From Longimicrobiales bacterium (lineage in GTDB: Bacteria; Gemmatimonadota; Gemmatimonadetes; Longimicrobiales; Gaopeijiaceae): DNA of 64,000 bases. The stretch covers positions 3,424,001 through 3,488,000 of the forward strand of contig OZ250165.1 of NCBI GenBank assembly GCA_965238005.1, read 5' to 3'. A model generated the notes under the pieces. It saw only the letters and a program-made list of their open reading frames with translations. It did no database searches and had not been told where the DNA came from. Shown here in pieces: positions 19,962-29,452 of this stretch; the first letter of the stretch is position 1; every line of letters starts with the position of its first letter. Both the position numbers and the translations under genes were made by a program.

Positions 19962-21639
19962 GAGGCCGTGTGAAAACTCACCATGATTGAACGGGGAGCG
20001 AGCACCTAGGGCGGTGAGCTTGACATTTTGCTGGGAGGGGCGGGAAAGTAGTCGGGTGGGGCGTTGCGGACCTGACAGGGCCGTCTGGAAGCGCCCCGAA
20101 GGGCGAAAAACGGCGCTGAGGACCCCCTCTACGCGAGGGCGTCCAGCAGCTGCGGGACCTCGACGATGTTGAGGACCCGCTTCAGGTTGTAGGCAAGCAC
20201 GGTCAGGCTGAACTCGCCGCGGACCTTCCGCATGCCTTTGAGCAGAAAGTACCCCTGGTCCATCCCGCGCTTCATCGTGCCAAACGGATGCTCCACTAGC
20301 GCTTTGCGCTGCGCGAAGCGCGCCTGCTCCCGCTGGAGCCGTTGCGCCATCTCCTCCATCAGGTGCTCGTCCGCCCACCGTGTGATCTTCCGCCCGTCTT
20401 TGTTGCGCGTACAGCGGGGCCTGAGTGGACACCGCTTACAGGCGGTGGTCCGATAGTTCTTGATGGTGCGCCCGAGCTCGACGGTGGTGGTGCGGTAGGT
20501 GAGCGTCTTCCCCGCAGGACAGCGATAGAGGTCCCGAGTCCGGTCGTAGACGAAGTCATCTTTGGTGAAGAGCCCGCGCTTGGCATTGGCCGAGGTGATC
20601 GGTCGGGGCACCAGCGGCGTGAGGCCCGCCTCCACACACGTCTTGATCTCGGCGCCGTGGTAGTAGCCCCGGTCGGCCACCACCACCGGCGTCACGTTCC
20701 TCAGTACCTCCTGGGCCGCCATGGCCATCGGACTGAGCTGATTCTGGTCGGCGGCGGCGTTGGTGACCGTCTCGGCCACAATCAACTTGTGCTTGGCGTC
20801 GACCGCGGTCTGGACGTTGTAGCAGATCTCGATGCGGCCCCCGCTCATCATCGGCCGACTGTCGGCATCGGTGAGTGAGCGCGCGCTCTCCCCACTCGCC
20901 GCCAGCTCTTGCTGGAGATCCTCGTAGCGCTCCCGGCGCTGCTTAAGCGCCGCAATCTTCTCGCGCAGGGCGTCGGCGCTCGGCCGCTCGGTGCCCGCCT
21001 CCGCCTCGTCCTGGCGCTCCAAGTCTCGCAGATAGCGCGCGATCGTGCGCTCGATGTCCCGTTGTAGCTTGGCCAAGCGGGCCGCGGTGTAGCTCCGATC
21101 CCGGGCATTGACCGCCCGGAACTTGCTCCCATCGATGGCGAGCAACTCGCCGCCAAAGAGGTCCAGCCGCTTGCACAAGAGAATGAACTCGCGGCATACG
21201 CCCTTCAGCGCCTGCGGGTGATCCCGGCGGAAGTCAGCGATGGTCTTGAAGTCGGGTCGCAGTCCTCGCACCAACCACATCAGCTCGATGTTGCGATGCG
21301 TCTCCTGCTCCAGCCGCCGGCTGGAGCGAATGCGGTGCAGGTAGCCGTATAGGTACAATCGCAGGAGATCACCGGGATCGTAGCCCGGGCGGCCCGTATC
21401 TGCAGGCACCGATCGCTGAAAACTGAGCGTGCCGAGATCGAGCTGCGCCACGAAGGCGTCGAGGAAGCGCACTGGGTTGTCAGCGGTGACGTAGTCGTCG
21501 AGGACCTCAGGGAGGAGCACCACTTGGGTGCGATCCCTGCCGGCGATATAGGCCATGGGCGAAGCTCCGAGCAAGGGGAGCACTGGCCAAAACACGGGAC
21601 GTATAATATATGGCACGTCAGGAGTTTTCACACAGGCTC
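19962..21639 (-). mobile_element. IS1182-family insertion sequence
   Basis: 18-bp TIRs (16/18) GAGGCCGTGTGAAAACTC / GAGTTTTCACACAGGCTC; 4-bp CGAT duplication. Confidence 0.93.
20129..21556 (-). CDS. IS1182 transposase
   Basis: GRPGYDP...IRSSRRLE, PDFKTIADFR, AIDGSK, ADRGY, VEHPFG. Confidence 0.95.
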   Translation of the reverse strand: MAYIAGRDRTQVVLLPEVLDDYVTADNPVRFLDAFVAQLDLGTLSFQRSVPADTGRPGYDPGDLLRLYLYGYLHRIRSSRRLEQETHRNIELMWLVRGLRPDFKTIADFRRDHPQALKGVCREFILLCKRLDLFGGELLAIDGSKFRAVNARDRSYTAARLAKLQRDIERTIARYLRDLERQDEAEAGTERPSADALREKIAALKQRRERYEDLQQELAASGESARSLTDADSRPMMSGGRIEICYNVQTAVDAKHKLIVAETVTNAAADQNQLSPMAMAAQEVLRNVTPVVVADRGYYHGAEIKTCVEAGLTPLVPRPITSANAKRGLFTKDDFVYDRTRDLYRCPAGKTLTYRTTTVELGRTIKNYRTTACKRCPLRPRCTRNKDGRKITRWADEHLMEEMAQRLQREQARFAQRKALVEHPFGTMKRGMDQGYFLLKGMRKVRGEFSLTVLAYNLKRVLNIVEVPQLLDALA

Positions 21640-21727
21640 CGATCGCTACAGTCGCGGAAGGAGCGAGTGGCTCGCGCGTGCCGCGCTCGGTGACCAGATT
21701 GGCCGCGCAGTAGAATCGCGAGACGTT

Positions 21728-22140
21728 CTATGAAAGAGAGTGTCAAGAGCGGCTCCGCCCCGGCTGGATGCGAAGCCGTGTTGGGCTTGGCACTCAGCCC
21801 CTTGGTTGGATTAGCCGGATCGTCAGAGAGCGGTGTGCTGGATGAGTCAGTCTTCGTGTGGGCCATGATGATCCTCGCTTGGATGATCGATCCGTCCGGA
21901 CTTGATTGAGTGGACCTGGGTCGTACGACGCGAACCATGGTTCTATCTGAGACTCAGCGGCTTGATACTTCTTCGGGTTCTGCGGAAGGGCCTGGAGTTA
22001 GACTCGTGCCTCGGCATGACTGCGAGCCGGGCGTACGTCTCGCGTTGAGACTGCCTCCCGCACCGTCGTCCGGGGATTCGACGTTCCAAGGGATCGAGGG
22101 TCATACGCTGCACCCTACGCTCCGGGACGACGAACCCCCT
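21728..22140 (-). ncRNA. Predicted bridge/seekRNA of IS110-B
   Basis: Minus strand has CGCGAGACGT (22044-22035) and TCTAAC (22002-21997) matching the two target flanks, and ATAGAAC (21946-21940) matching the element end junction. Confidence 0.75.
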
Positions 22141-23134
22141 CTATATTTGGGGTCGACTCAGCTGGGTCGGATCAAAGACTTCTCCGGTTTTGAGTAGACG
22201 AAGGGTGAGCGCGGCGAGCTTACGCGCCAGCGTCACACGGGCGAGCTCCTCGCGCATCCCGCGCTCGATCATTCGGTGATAGAAATCTTGTAGAGGGCCC
22301 CGACGTCCGATGGCTACGTTGGCGGCGCCCTTAAAGACATTCTTGAGTACGCGATTGTGGTTGGGGTTCAACCCTCGCGTGAGTGGAGGGCGACGACGAC
22401 GACGAGGGCGCCCATCAAACAACTCGTAGTCGGCGCCTTGGTCTTCTTGCGCTGAGTCCGAAGCACATCGAGCTGAGCGTACAGGGTCTCGGCACGTAGC
22501 CGAGCACCGTGCTCGGGTAGCTGTGCGACCCAGGCGGCGCGCCCCTTCGGCTGGTAGACACCGCCGCCCGTGGTTCGGATGGCCCGCGCACGGAAGAGTG
22601 CCTTGAGCCGCAGCATCACGCGCGTGCCGTCCTCGACGAGGTTGCGATAGGCTCGAGTTAGACACCGCCGCCCGTGGTTCGGATGGCCCGCGCACGGAAG
22701 AGTGCCTTGAGCCGCAGCATCACGCGCGTGCCGTCCTCGACGAGGTTGCGATAGGCTCGAGTCAGCTCCTTGAGATCGCCTCGGCCGTGTGCGCCGTGGT
22801 ATACCGCTCGCAGGCTGCCGCACCGCAACTGCTCCGACAGTTCGTCGGCATCGACCTGGTCCCCCTTGTTGCCCGATCGCTTCTCGCCTCTGCGGTCGCA
22901 CACGATCACCCGGTCTACACGAGGACTCAGTAGGTCGTAGAGCCACTGCGCCTGTGTTCCCTCCTCGAACACCACGTGCACCGACCCAGCCATCGCGCTG
23001 AAGAACTCCCTTATCGATTCGTCGCTCGTCTCCACCACGCTGCGCGCGATCACACGCCCCCCTTCGCTCCGAACCGTCGCCACCGTCATTGCCTGGTGCA
23101 CGTCGAGCCCCACATACTTGGTGTTCCGCTTCAT
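22141..23134 (-). pseudogene. IS110 transposase, disrupted
   Basis: YVGLDVH, FEEG, KGDQVDA, ARVTLARKLA; 104-bp tandem duplication (22555-22762) and an internal deletion. Confidence 0.88.
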
Positions 23135-23329
23135 GAGAGCCGCCCTCTGCTGTGGTCCATGGTTGTTTCGCAACTCCACGGTACCCACAGGGGGCGTGCT
23201 TTCAAGTTGTGTTAGAGCGCACCCCGGAACGCTTTCGGTCCTACGTGCGCGAGAAACCTTGCGATAACGAATGAGATACTTTATTTACCACAGTACTCTG
23301 CATCAGTTTGTTCTCCGCTCCGCGGACTC

Positions 23330-24566
23330 ATGAAAGCGACGACCGACCGCATCCTCCAGCTGCTCGATGATCCCGAAGAGCTCGAGGCACTCTATCGGCA
23401 GGCCCCGGAGGCGTTTCGCGAGTCGCTCGGCGAGGCCTTCCGTACGGATCCCGATTCGGTGGCGCTGCGCATATGGCGGGCGCGACTTGAGTACCGCGAG
23501 CCGGGTCAGGGGGCGATTTTGCCTCGTAGGCTGGGTTATGCGATCGCGATCGCCCTGGCCGTCGGTGCGCTCGTCCGACTCCCGGCTCTCTGGCTCGGGG
23601 AGGTACTACCCTCGTCTTGCACCGTCGTGGGTCATCATGGCGCTTGCCGCGTATTTCTGGATCAGGCGTCCCGACCGTAGCCTGCTGATCGCGGGCTTGG
23701 GCCTGTCCCTCGCAGTCGTCGTCTATGTCAGCCGGCTCCCAGACTACACCGACTCAGTAGTAATGGCCCTGGTCCACCTCCCGTTCGTCTTCTGGACCTT
23801 CCTCGGACTGGTGTTCATGGGAGACTCGTGGCGAGAGGCGGATGCGCGGGTCCGCTTTGTTCGCTACAACGGTGAGCTGGTGGTTCTGGCCAGCCTAGTG
23901 GCGCTCGGCGGGATGGTGTTCAGCGGGGTGACGGTCGCCTTGTTTGAGTTGGTTTACGAGAACATCGGGGATTGGTACTTCAGCAACGTCGGAGTCTTCG
24001 GTGCCGCCGCCGTACCCGTCGCCGGGACGTATTTGTACGATGCCGTGTTCAATGAACGGACCGGGATCGCGGCAGTGCTCGCACGCGTCTTCGCCCCCCT
24101 CTTCTTAGTAATGGCGGTCACCTACTTGATTGTCGCGTTCATCGGAGGCGAGAACCCGTTCGTCGACCGTTCCTTCCTGATCACGTTCAACGGCTTGCTA
24201 CTCGTAGTACTTGGCATCTCGGTCTTTTCGATCGTGGAACGCGCCGAGGGGTCGCAGGTGGGGTTGATAGACTACATCAACATTACGCTCGTATTGGTCA
24301 CTCTCGTGATGGACGCGATCGCGCTATCCGCGATTCTTTTCAGGATGGCGTCCTTCGGATTCACGCCGAACCGAGTGACCGTGCTTGGAGCCAATCTGGT
24401 CATCATGGTGCACCTCGCATGGATATGCTGGACCTACGTCGCGCTAGTGCGCCGGAGGGCGGGGTTTGCGGCGATGCGGCGGGTCGTGGGAAGCTACCTC
24501 CCGATCTACGGGGCTTGGGCCGCCGTCGTTGCCTTCCTCCTGCCGCTAGTCTTTGCGTTCGCTTGA
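23330..24566 (+). pseudogene. Multi-TM membrane protein (DUF4153-like), frameshift near 23600 (cassette 2)
   Basis: ORFs 23330 and 23367 join; RYNGELVV, GFTPNRVTVLGAN; ends before AGCTAAC (24616). Confidence 0.7.
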
Positions 24567-24623
24567 GACAGAGCCAGATCTCCCTGCGTCTACCAATAGC
24601 TCTTGCCAAGGCGCGAGCTAACA

Positions 24624-24870
24624 CCATTAAGAAGGACCGGGTCAAGAGTACGCACTGATCCTGAGGCGGCGGGCGATGCCCCCAGATATGGGCGCTCTTG
24701 AACGCACACTCCCGCGGACAACCCGGTTCGGGGGAAGTCTGACTACTTGTGGCCTAACGACTAACGTCACCGCTCTCTTCCTCAGCTTCCCGCCCGACTC
24801 CTCTTATCGCCTCGGAGTCCATGGAGACTGGGCTCGGGCAAGACCCCTGTGCTTCAACTGATTAAAGAGG
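24624..24870 (-). mobile_element. Probable right-end remnant of another IS110-type element (D)
   Basis: Starts right after attC TAACA and has GTCAAGAG at the same 16-nt offset as element A. Confidence 0.4.
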
Positions 24871-25048
24871 AACTCGAGGTGCCAGCCGTCATGCGCGATC
24901 GGCGACCTGGGTAGGGGTCGGGCGTCAGGACCGAGCCCCAGATTCACGGAACATCCTAGCGCTCAACCTCCGCACCACCCTACAATTCCCCCCCGGGTCC
25001 TCCTTCCTCGGACTCGGTTCGGTTTCCCCGGGCCTGAGAGGCAATCCC

Positions 25049-26518
25049 ATGCGCGCACCGAACCTGATGGCGATCCGGTCGACCTTGTTCGTCGCTCTCA
25101 CGACAGCTGCCCTCACCACCCTCGCGCTCGCGGCCGCACCGACCCACGCGGGCGCCCAGGCGACCGCCTCGGATTCCGAGGTCCTGGCTCAGATCGACCT
25201 CTTCTCCGCGTGGCTCGAAGGTCAGATCGAGATCCGTGGACTACCGGGCGCCGTCGGCGGCGTCGTTTCGGGTGATGAGCTGGTGTGGGCTGAGGGCTTC
25301 GGACGTGCGGACGTCGATGCGGATCGGCCCATGGAGACCGATATGCGCTTCCGCATGGCTTCGCACAGCAAGCTCTTCACCGCAACTGCTATCATGCAGC
25401 TCCGGGAACAAGGCAAGGTTCGGCTTGATGATCCCGTCACCGATTACCTGCCATGGTTCACCTTCCAGAGCGCCGCTCCTGACGATCCTCCGGTCACCAT
25501 CGAGCACCTGCTAACGCACAGCTCCGGGCTCCCGCGCGAGGCCGGTTCGCACTGGACCGACTTCGACTTCCCAACCCCCGAGGAGGTCCTCGAGTTGATG
25601 CCCGATCGTCAGGCCCCCTTCTCACCCGAAGTCCGCTGGAAGTACTCGAACCTCGCCTACACCATCGCCGGCATGATCGTGGAGGCGATCAGCGGGATGA
25701 GCTGGGCGGACTACCTTAAGCAGAACATATTTGACCCGCTCGGCATGAGCTCGTCTAGCGTCGATCTGCCGGACGCGAAGATGGCTACTGGGTACGGCCG
25801 TCGGATGCCCGACGGCTCTCGGCAGGTCTTTCCGTTCGTCGACGCGCGCGGGATGGCCGCCGCGACGGGACTCACGTCGACGGTCGAAGACATGGCCCGC
25901 TTCGTGTCTGCCCAGTTTCGGACGGGGGCCCGCGGCGGTGACCGGCTTCTGAGGACGGCATCGCTTCGGGAGATGCATCGTGTGCGCATGCTCGAAAACA
26001 CGTGGACGAGCGGCCAAGGCATCGGATTCAGCGTGCGACGGATCGACGGGAAGCTCTATGTCGGCCACGGCGGCGGATACCCGGGCTACACGACGAACAC
26101 GACGATCCAGCTCGACTCGAAGGTTGGTGTAATCGTTCTAACGAACACGAATGACTCGAACCCTTCCCAGATCGCGGAGCAGCTCATGGGCACGGTCGGC
26201 GAAGCTGTCGCCTCCGCGACCACAGTCGAGCCGGAGGTCGTCGCGTGGGATCCCGCGTGGGAGCGCTTCGCCGGTGTGTACCGGAGCCGCGGCGGCGAGA
26301 CGCGAGTCCTCGTCATGAACGAACGGCTGGTGACGATGAATCCGTGGGGCACGAGTATCGGGGACCCGACCCAACTCGAACTGATCGGCGACGGGACGTT
26401 TCGCATGGTGGCGCCCACAGGTGGTGGCCCGGTCGGCGAGATCGTCCGGTTCGTCGAGGAGAACGGCGAGGTCGTACGGATGATTACAGGAGATTCGTAC
26501 TCCGTACGCGTGCGCTAG
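25049..26518 (+). CDS. Serine hydrolase, beta-lactamase/PBP family, secreted
   Basis: Signal peptide; MASHSK (SxxK), LLTHSSGL, YSN, HGGG. Confidence 0.9.
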   Translation: MRAPNLMAIRSTLFVALTTAALTTLALAAAPTHAGAQATASDSEVLAQIDLFSAWLEGQIEIRGLPGAVGGVVSGDELVWAEGFGRADVDADRPMETDMRFRMASHSKLFTATAIMQLREQGKVRLDDPVTDYLPWFTFQSAAPDDPPVTIEHLLTHSSGLPREAGSHWTDFDFPTPEEVLELMPDRQAPFSPEVRWKYSNLAYTIAGMIVEAISGMSWADYLKQNIFDPLGMSSSSVDLPDAKMATGYGRRMPDGSRQVFPFVDARGMAAATGLTSTVEDMARFVSAQFRTGARGGDRLLRTASLREMHRVRMLENTWTSGQGIGFSVRRIDGKLYVGHGGGYPGYTTNTTIQLDSKVGVIVLTNTNDSNPSQIAEQLMGTVGEAVASATTVEPEVVAWDPAWERFAGVYRSRGGETRVLVMNERLVTMNPWGTSIGDPTQLELIGDGTFRMVAPTGGGPVGEIVRFVEENGEVVRMITGDSYSVRVR

Positions 26519-26544
26519 AAGCGGCTCGACCCGCCGTTTCGTCT

Positions 26545-26695
26545 GGCGATCTGGCGATGCGCATGACGTTGAGATCGTCGACTACCACTAGGAGGCATCT
26601 AATGACCACATCGACGATGGCGCCGGTACACCCAGGCGAGGTCTTGCTTGAGGAGTTCCTCGAACCAATGGAGATTAGCCAGTGCCGACTGACGA
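26545..26695 (+). pseudogene. higA: HigB C-terminus and HigA N-terminus remnant (toxin-antitoxin)
   Basis: GDAHDVEIVDYH* followed by RBS and MTTSTMAPVHPGEVLLEEFLEPMEISQ. Confidence 0.75.
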
Positions 26696-26876
26696 AGGAC
26701 GGGTCCCTCCACGAGCTGACCCGTGTTGCTCACGATGGCGATCACTGAATACGTTGCATGGGCGTCGATTCCTGCGACAAACATGGCTGGCCTCCTTGGG
26801 TTCGGGTGCCGCAGGCCTTGAGTAAGCACAGTGCAACACCCAGCCCGAGTGAGGTCCGCCCTTCGCCTTATAAGAT
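26696..26876 (-). mobile_element. IS110-type element C, left-end remnant
   Basis: MFVAGIDAHATYSVIAIV; abuts attC L' CAGAATCGCGAGACGTTATGC. Confidence 0.75.
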
Positions 26877-26923
26877 CAGAATCGCGAGACGTTATGCGGC
26901 GCCGCCTGGCTGAGAGAATAGAC

Positions 26924-27286
26924 TCACGCAGGCTCGAACAGTTCGATCGGATTGCCATCCAGGTCTTCTGCGAGGCTCTGCCTGCCACCAGGGCCGCTAA
27001 TAATCTCGCTCCGGAACTGGACTCCGGCCCGCGTAAGCCTCTCGACCTCGGCATCCAAATCATCGACGTCGATGAGGATGCGGTTCCAACCGCCCGGCTC
27101 TGTCACACGTCCGTCGGGCATCGAGCGGCGTCCCGAGGACTTGGGGCCGCTGAGCAAGAGGGTGAGGTCTCCTCGAGTGACGATACAGATCGCGGGGGCT
27201 TGTAGCTCGATTACGAAACCGAAGTACTCGGTGTAAAAGGCCGCCGCCGCCCCGGGGTCGTTGACCATGTACCTCACTCTCGCCAT
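26924..27286 (-). CDS. VOC/glyoxalase protein (cassette, antisense to array)
   Basis: VRYMVND...FY, GGWNRILIDVDDL, GPGGRQ...DGNPIELFEP; cassette GTTATGC(26891)...ACATAAC(27458). Confidence 0.88.
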   Translation of the reverse strand: MARVRYMVNDPGAAAAFYTEYFGFVIELQAPAICIVTRGDLTLLLSGPKSSGRRSMPDGRVTEPGGWNRILIDVDDLDAEVERLTRAGVQFRSEIISGPGGRQSLAEDLDGNPIELFEPA

Positions 27287-27465
27287 TCCTGCCTCCAACC
27301 ACCCATATGACATTTTGGCACGACCCCCGGCTTTTGGATGAACCATCAACTCAGATGGGATCTCTATCACGCGCACCTAGAAGCCAAGGTCGATCTGCAG
27401 AGGATCAAGCCGCTCCGCAGAAAAGACCTGGCTAGAACTGCGTAGCGCGGGCGCGCCACATAACA

Positions 27466-27924
27466 CTTATCAGGCCCCCGGAATCAAGAGCGCGCATGTC
27501 CCCCAGCGTGCCGCGGAGCGGCGCGTAGAAGAGTGAGCATCGGTCGCCGAGTCCTCTGACTTGGTTTCCGTAGGCAGGTGCGAGCGTAGGGAGCCTCTGC
27601 ACCAAACACTTATCGAGGTTCAACCGCCGGGTGCCCTTCGAGACGAGCTCGAAGGCGGCGGAGCAGGAGCCTCGTGTCCGCTCCTGCGACCTAGAAATTC
27701 ATCTGTACCCTCGTGCCGTCCGACTCCATTCAAGGTGAGCGGGCTCAGGCCGTGTTGTGAGGCCAGGCCAGTTAGCTCCGGGCTCGGGTGAGGGGCAGAG
27801 TCCATGGTGGACCGATGGCGATGTGTGTGAGGAGCGGGAGGAGGCGTCCAATCAAGCGAAGCGGCTGCCAACCATCCGCTGTCGGCTCGAGTTATATGTC
27901 AGGCTCGCCGACCTCCCCTCCCCG
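27466..27924 (-). ncRNA. Predicted bridge/seekRNA of IS110-A
   Basis: Minus strand has ATAAC (27895-27891) and TCGCTTG (27859-27853) matching target TAACAAGCGA, and GATAAGTG (27614-27607) matching the end junction. Confidence 0.7.
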
Positions 27925-28971
27925 TCAGGTGCGGGTATAGAAGCGTTCGGTGTCGAATGCCTGCCGGTTCTTGAGCATGAAGTAGGTCGCCCGGCCGATG
28001 CGAGCGGCGAGGATGCTGAGCGCTTTGCCCTTGCCGTGGCGGCGCGTGAGCTTCTTCAGATGAGCCTGGCCGCGGGCGTTGTCCCTGAGGAAGAGCACGG
28101 CGGCCTCGCTGAAGGCCCATTTGAGATGAGCGTTCCCGATCTTGGCTCCTCCGCTGCCGACCCGCTTGCCTGCACTGCGGTGCTCGGGCTTAGCGAGTCG
28201 ACAGTAGGAGCTGAAGCGCTGCACTGTGCTGAAGCGAGCGATGTCGTGGATCTCATAGAGCAGGGTGAGCGCCAGGATGCGGCCGACGCCGGGGATGGTT
28301 CGGAGCCGCTCCAGCGTGTCGAAGTCGTGGACACGGGCTTCCTGTTCGACCGTGTGCTCGAGCGCTCGGATCACCGGGTCGTAGCGATCGGCCAGGGCGA
28401 GGTCCGCCTCGATCGTCCTTTGGGTCATGGGATCATCGAATGCCTCGGCCAGGCCCTGGCGGTTCTTCTTGTACAGGAGCTGACCGGAGGGTCGAGGCAG
28501 GTTGTACTGATGGAAGGTGTTACGGATGTGGGCGAGCAGTTCGCCTCGCTTGCGCACGAAGTAGAGTCGGCGCCGGAGCACGTCGCGTGTGGCGCGCATC
28601 CCAGGTGGATAGACGTAGGCGACGGGAAAGGCGCCGCCTCGCAGCAGGACCGCCGTCTTGTGGGAGTCGATCTTGTCGTTCTTGGCCTTGGCCCCATGAA
28701 TCGCCTTCATGTAGAGCGCATGGCCGAGCACGAAGTGGATCTGCTCGCGAGCACACAGATCGGCCAGCCAGTACCAGCAGAAGATGCACTCGCTGCCCAC
28801 GACGAGGTCTGAACGGTAGGGCTCGAGGGCGCGAAGGAGTGCCTCGCGCTCACAGCGTAGCCTCTTGTGCAGGCGTATCTTGCCCTGGCAGTCCAGGACG
28901 CAGAGGTAGAGTGTGCGAGCATGAAGGTCGATGCCACAGTAGTATCGATGCTGGCCTGTGTAGAAGCGCAT
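27925..28971 (-). CDS. IS110 recombinase/transposase (intact ORF)
   Basis: RuvC-like DEDD (GIDLH, SEC, KNDKID), IPGVG, RSAG serine, GNAHLKWAF. Confidence 0.95.
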   Translation of the reverse strand: MRFYTGQHRYYCGIDLHARTLYLCVLDCQGKIRLHKRLRCEREALLRALEPYRSDLVVGSECIFCWYWLADLCAREQIHFVLGHALYMKAIHGAKAKNDKIDSHKTAVLLRGGAFPVAYVYPPGMRATRDVLRRRLYFVRKRGELLAHIRNTFHQYNLPRPSGQLLYKKNRQGLAEAFDDPMTQRTIEADLALADRYDPVIRALEHTVEQEARVHDFDTLERLRTIPGVGRILALTLLYEIHDIARFSTVQRFSSYCRLAKPEHRSAGKRVGSGGAKIGNAHLKWAFSEAAVLFLRDNARGQAHLKKLTRRHGKGKALSILAARIGRATYFMLKNRQAFDTERFYTRT

Positions 28972-29452
28972 GGTTCCCCTCCTGGGTTGGATGAATCGAG
29001 TTTGGCGCTCTGATTCTTCCGCCCTCTCTTCGAGAGGTCCAGGAGGGGGCCTGCATGAGCAGGCTTGCTACTGGCGCGTGCGACATCAGGCTCGCGCGCT
29101 TCGCTTGCAGTCGCCATCTTGGTCGCCGGCCGAACCCCGAATAGGTGCTCGAGTCCCTGAGGACTGCACGAGCGAGCTTGCGTGCAGTGGCGATGCGAGC
29201 GATGCGCCAATCGAGCCGATCCTTGAGCCGGTCGTAGTACTCGCTGAGCCAGCTTTCGGGAGATCGGCCGTGATGGATGACGACGGTCTGGACGAAGGCG
29301 TTTCGGAGCTAGCGATTGGCACCGGCCGGGATGGGCCCGTAGCGGACCGTCATCCCGGAACGAGCAGCACTGCGTCGATCGCATCGTTCTTGTAGTTGGC
29401 TTCGGCGATCGCGGCTTCTGAACAAGCGCTCCGTCTTTGCTCACCACCGCAA

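Larger units (their letters stand above)
21728..23210 (-). mobile_element. IS110/IS1111-type element B
   Basis: GTT core at both junctions, sub-terminal IR TGAAAG/CTTTCA, outward TTGACA, ~410-bp 3' non-coding end. Confidence 0.88.
19948..23217 (+). other. attC1, split by IS1182 (in L'') and IS110-B (at the R' GTT)
   Basis: CCCTAACaagcgat|IS|cgatcgctacag...cagtagaatcgcgagacGTT|IS|GTTAGAG. Confidence 0.85.
27466..29059 (-). mobile_element. IS110/IS1111-type element A (full length)
   Basis: Inserted after attC TAACA; sub-terminal IR CAGGCCCCC/GGGGGCCTG; ~460-bp 3' non-coding end. Confidence 0.92.

Noticed and set aside
25049..26518. Antibiotic-resistance beta-lactamase cassette
   Set aside because: Generic serine hydrolase motifs only, and its cassette boundaries are not recognisable.
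27770..27776. GTTAG as the second target guide of IS110-A
   Set aside because: It lies ~75 nt from the other guide and in the opposite order to element B; 27891-27895 fits better, though this is not fully excluded.
27757..28812. 351-aa plus-strand ORF, and similar long antisense ORFs across the window
   Set aside because: Shadow frames of real genes in GC-rich DNA, with no recognisable motifs.
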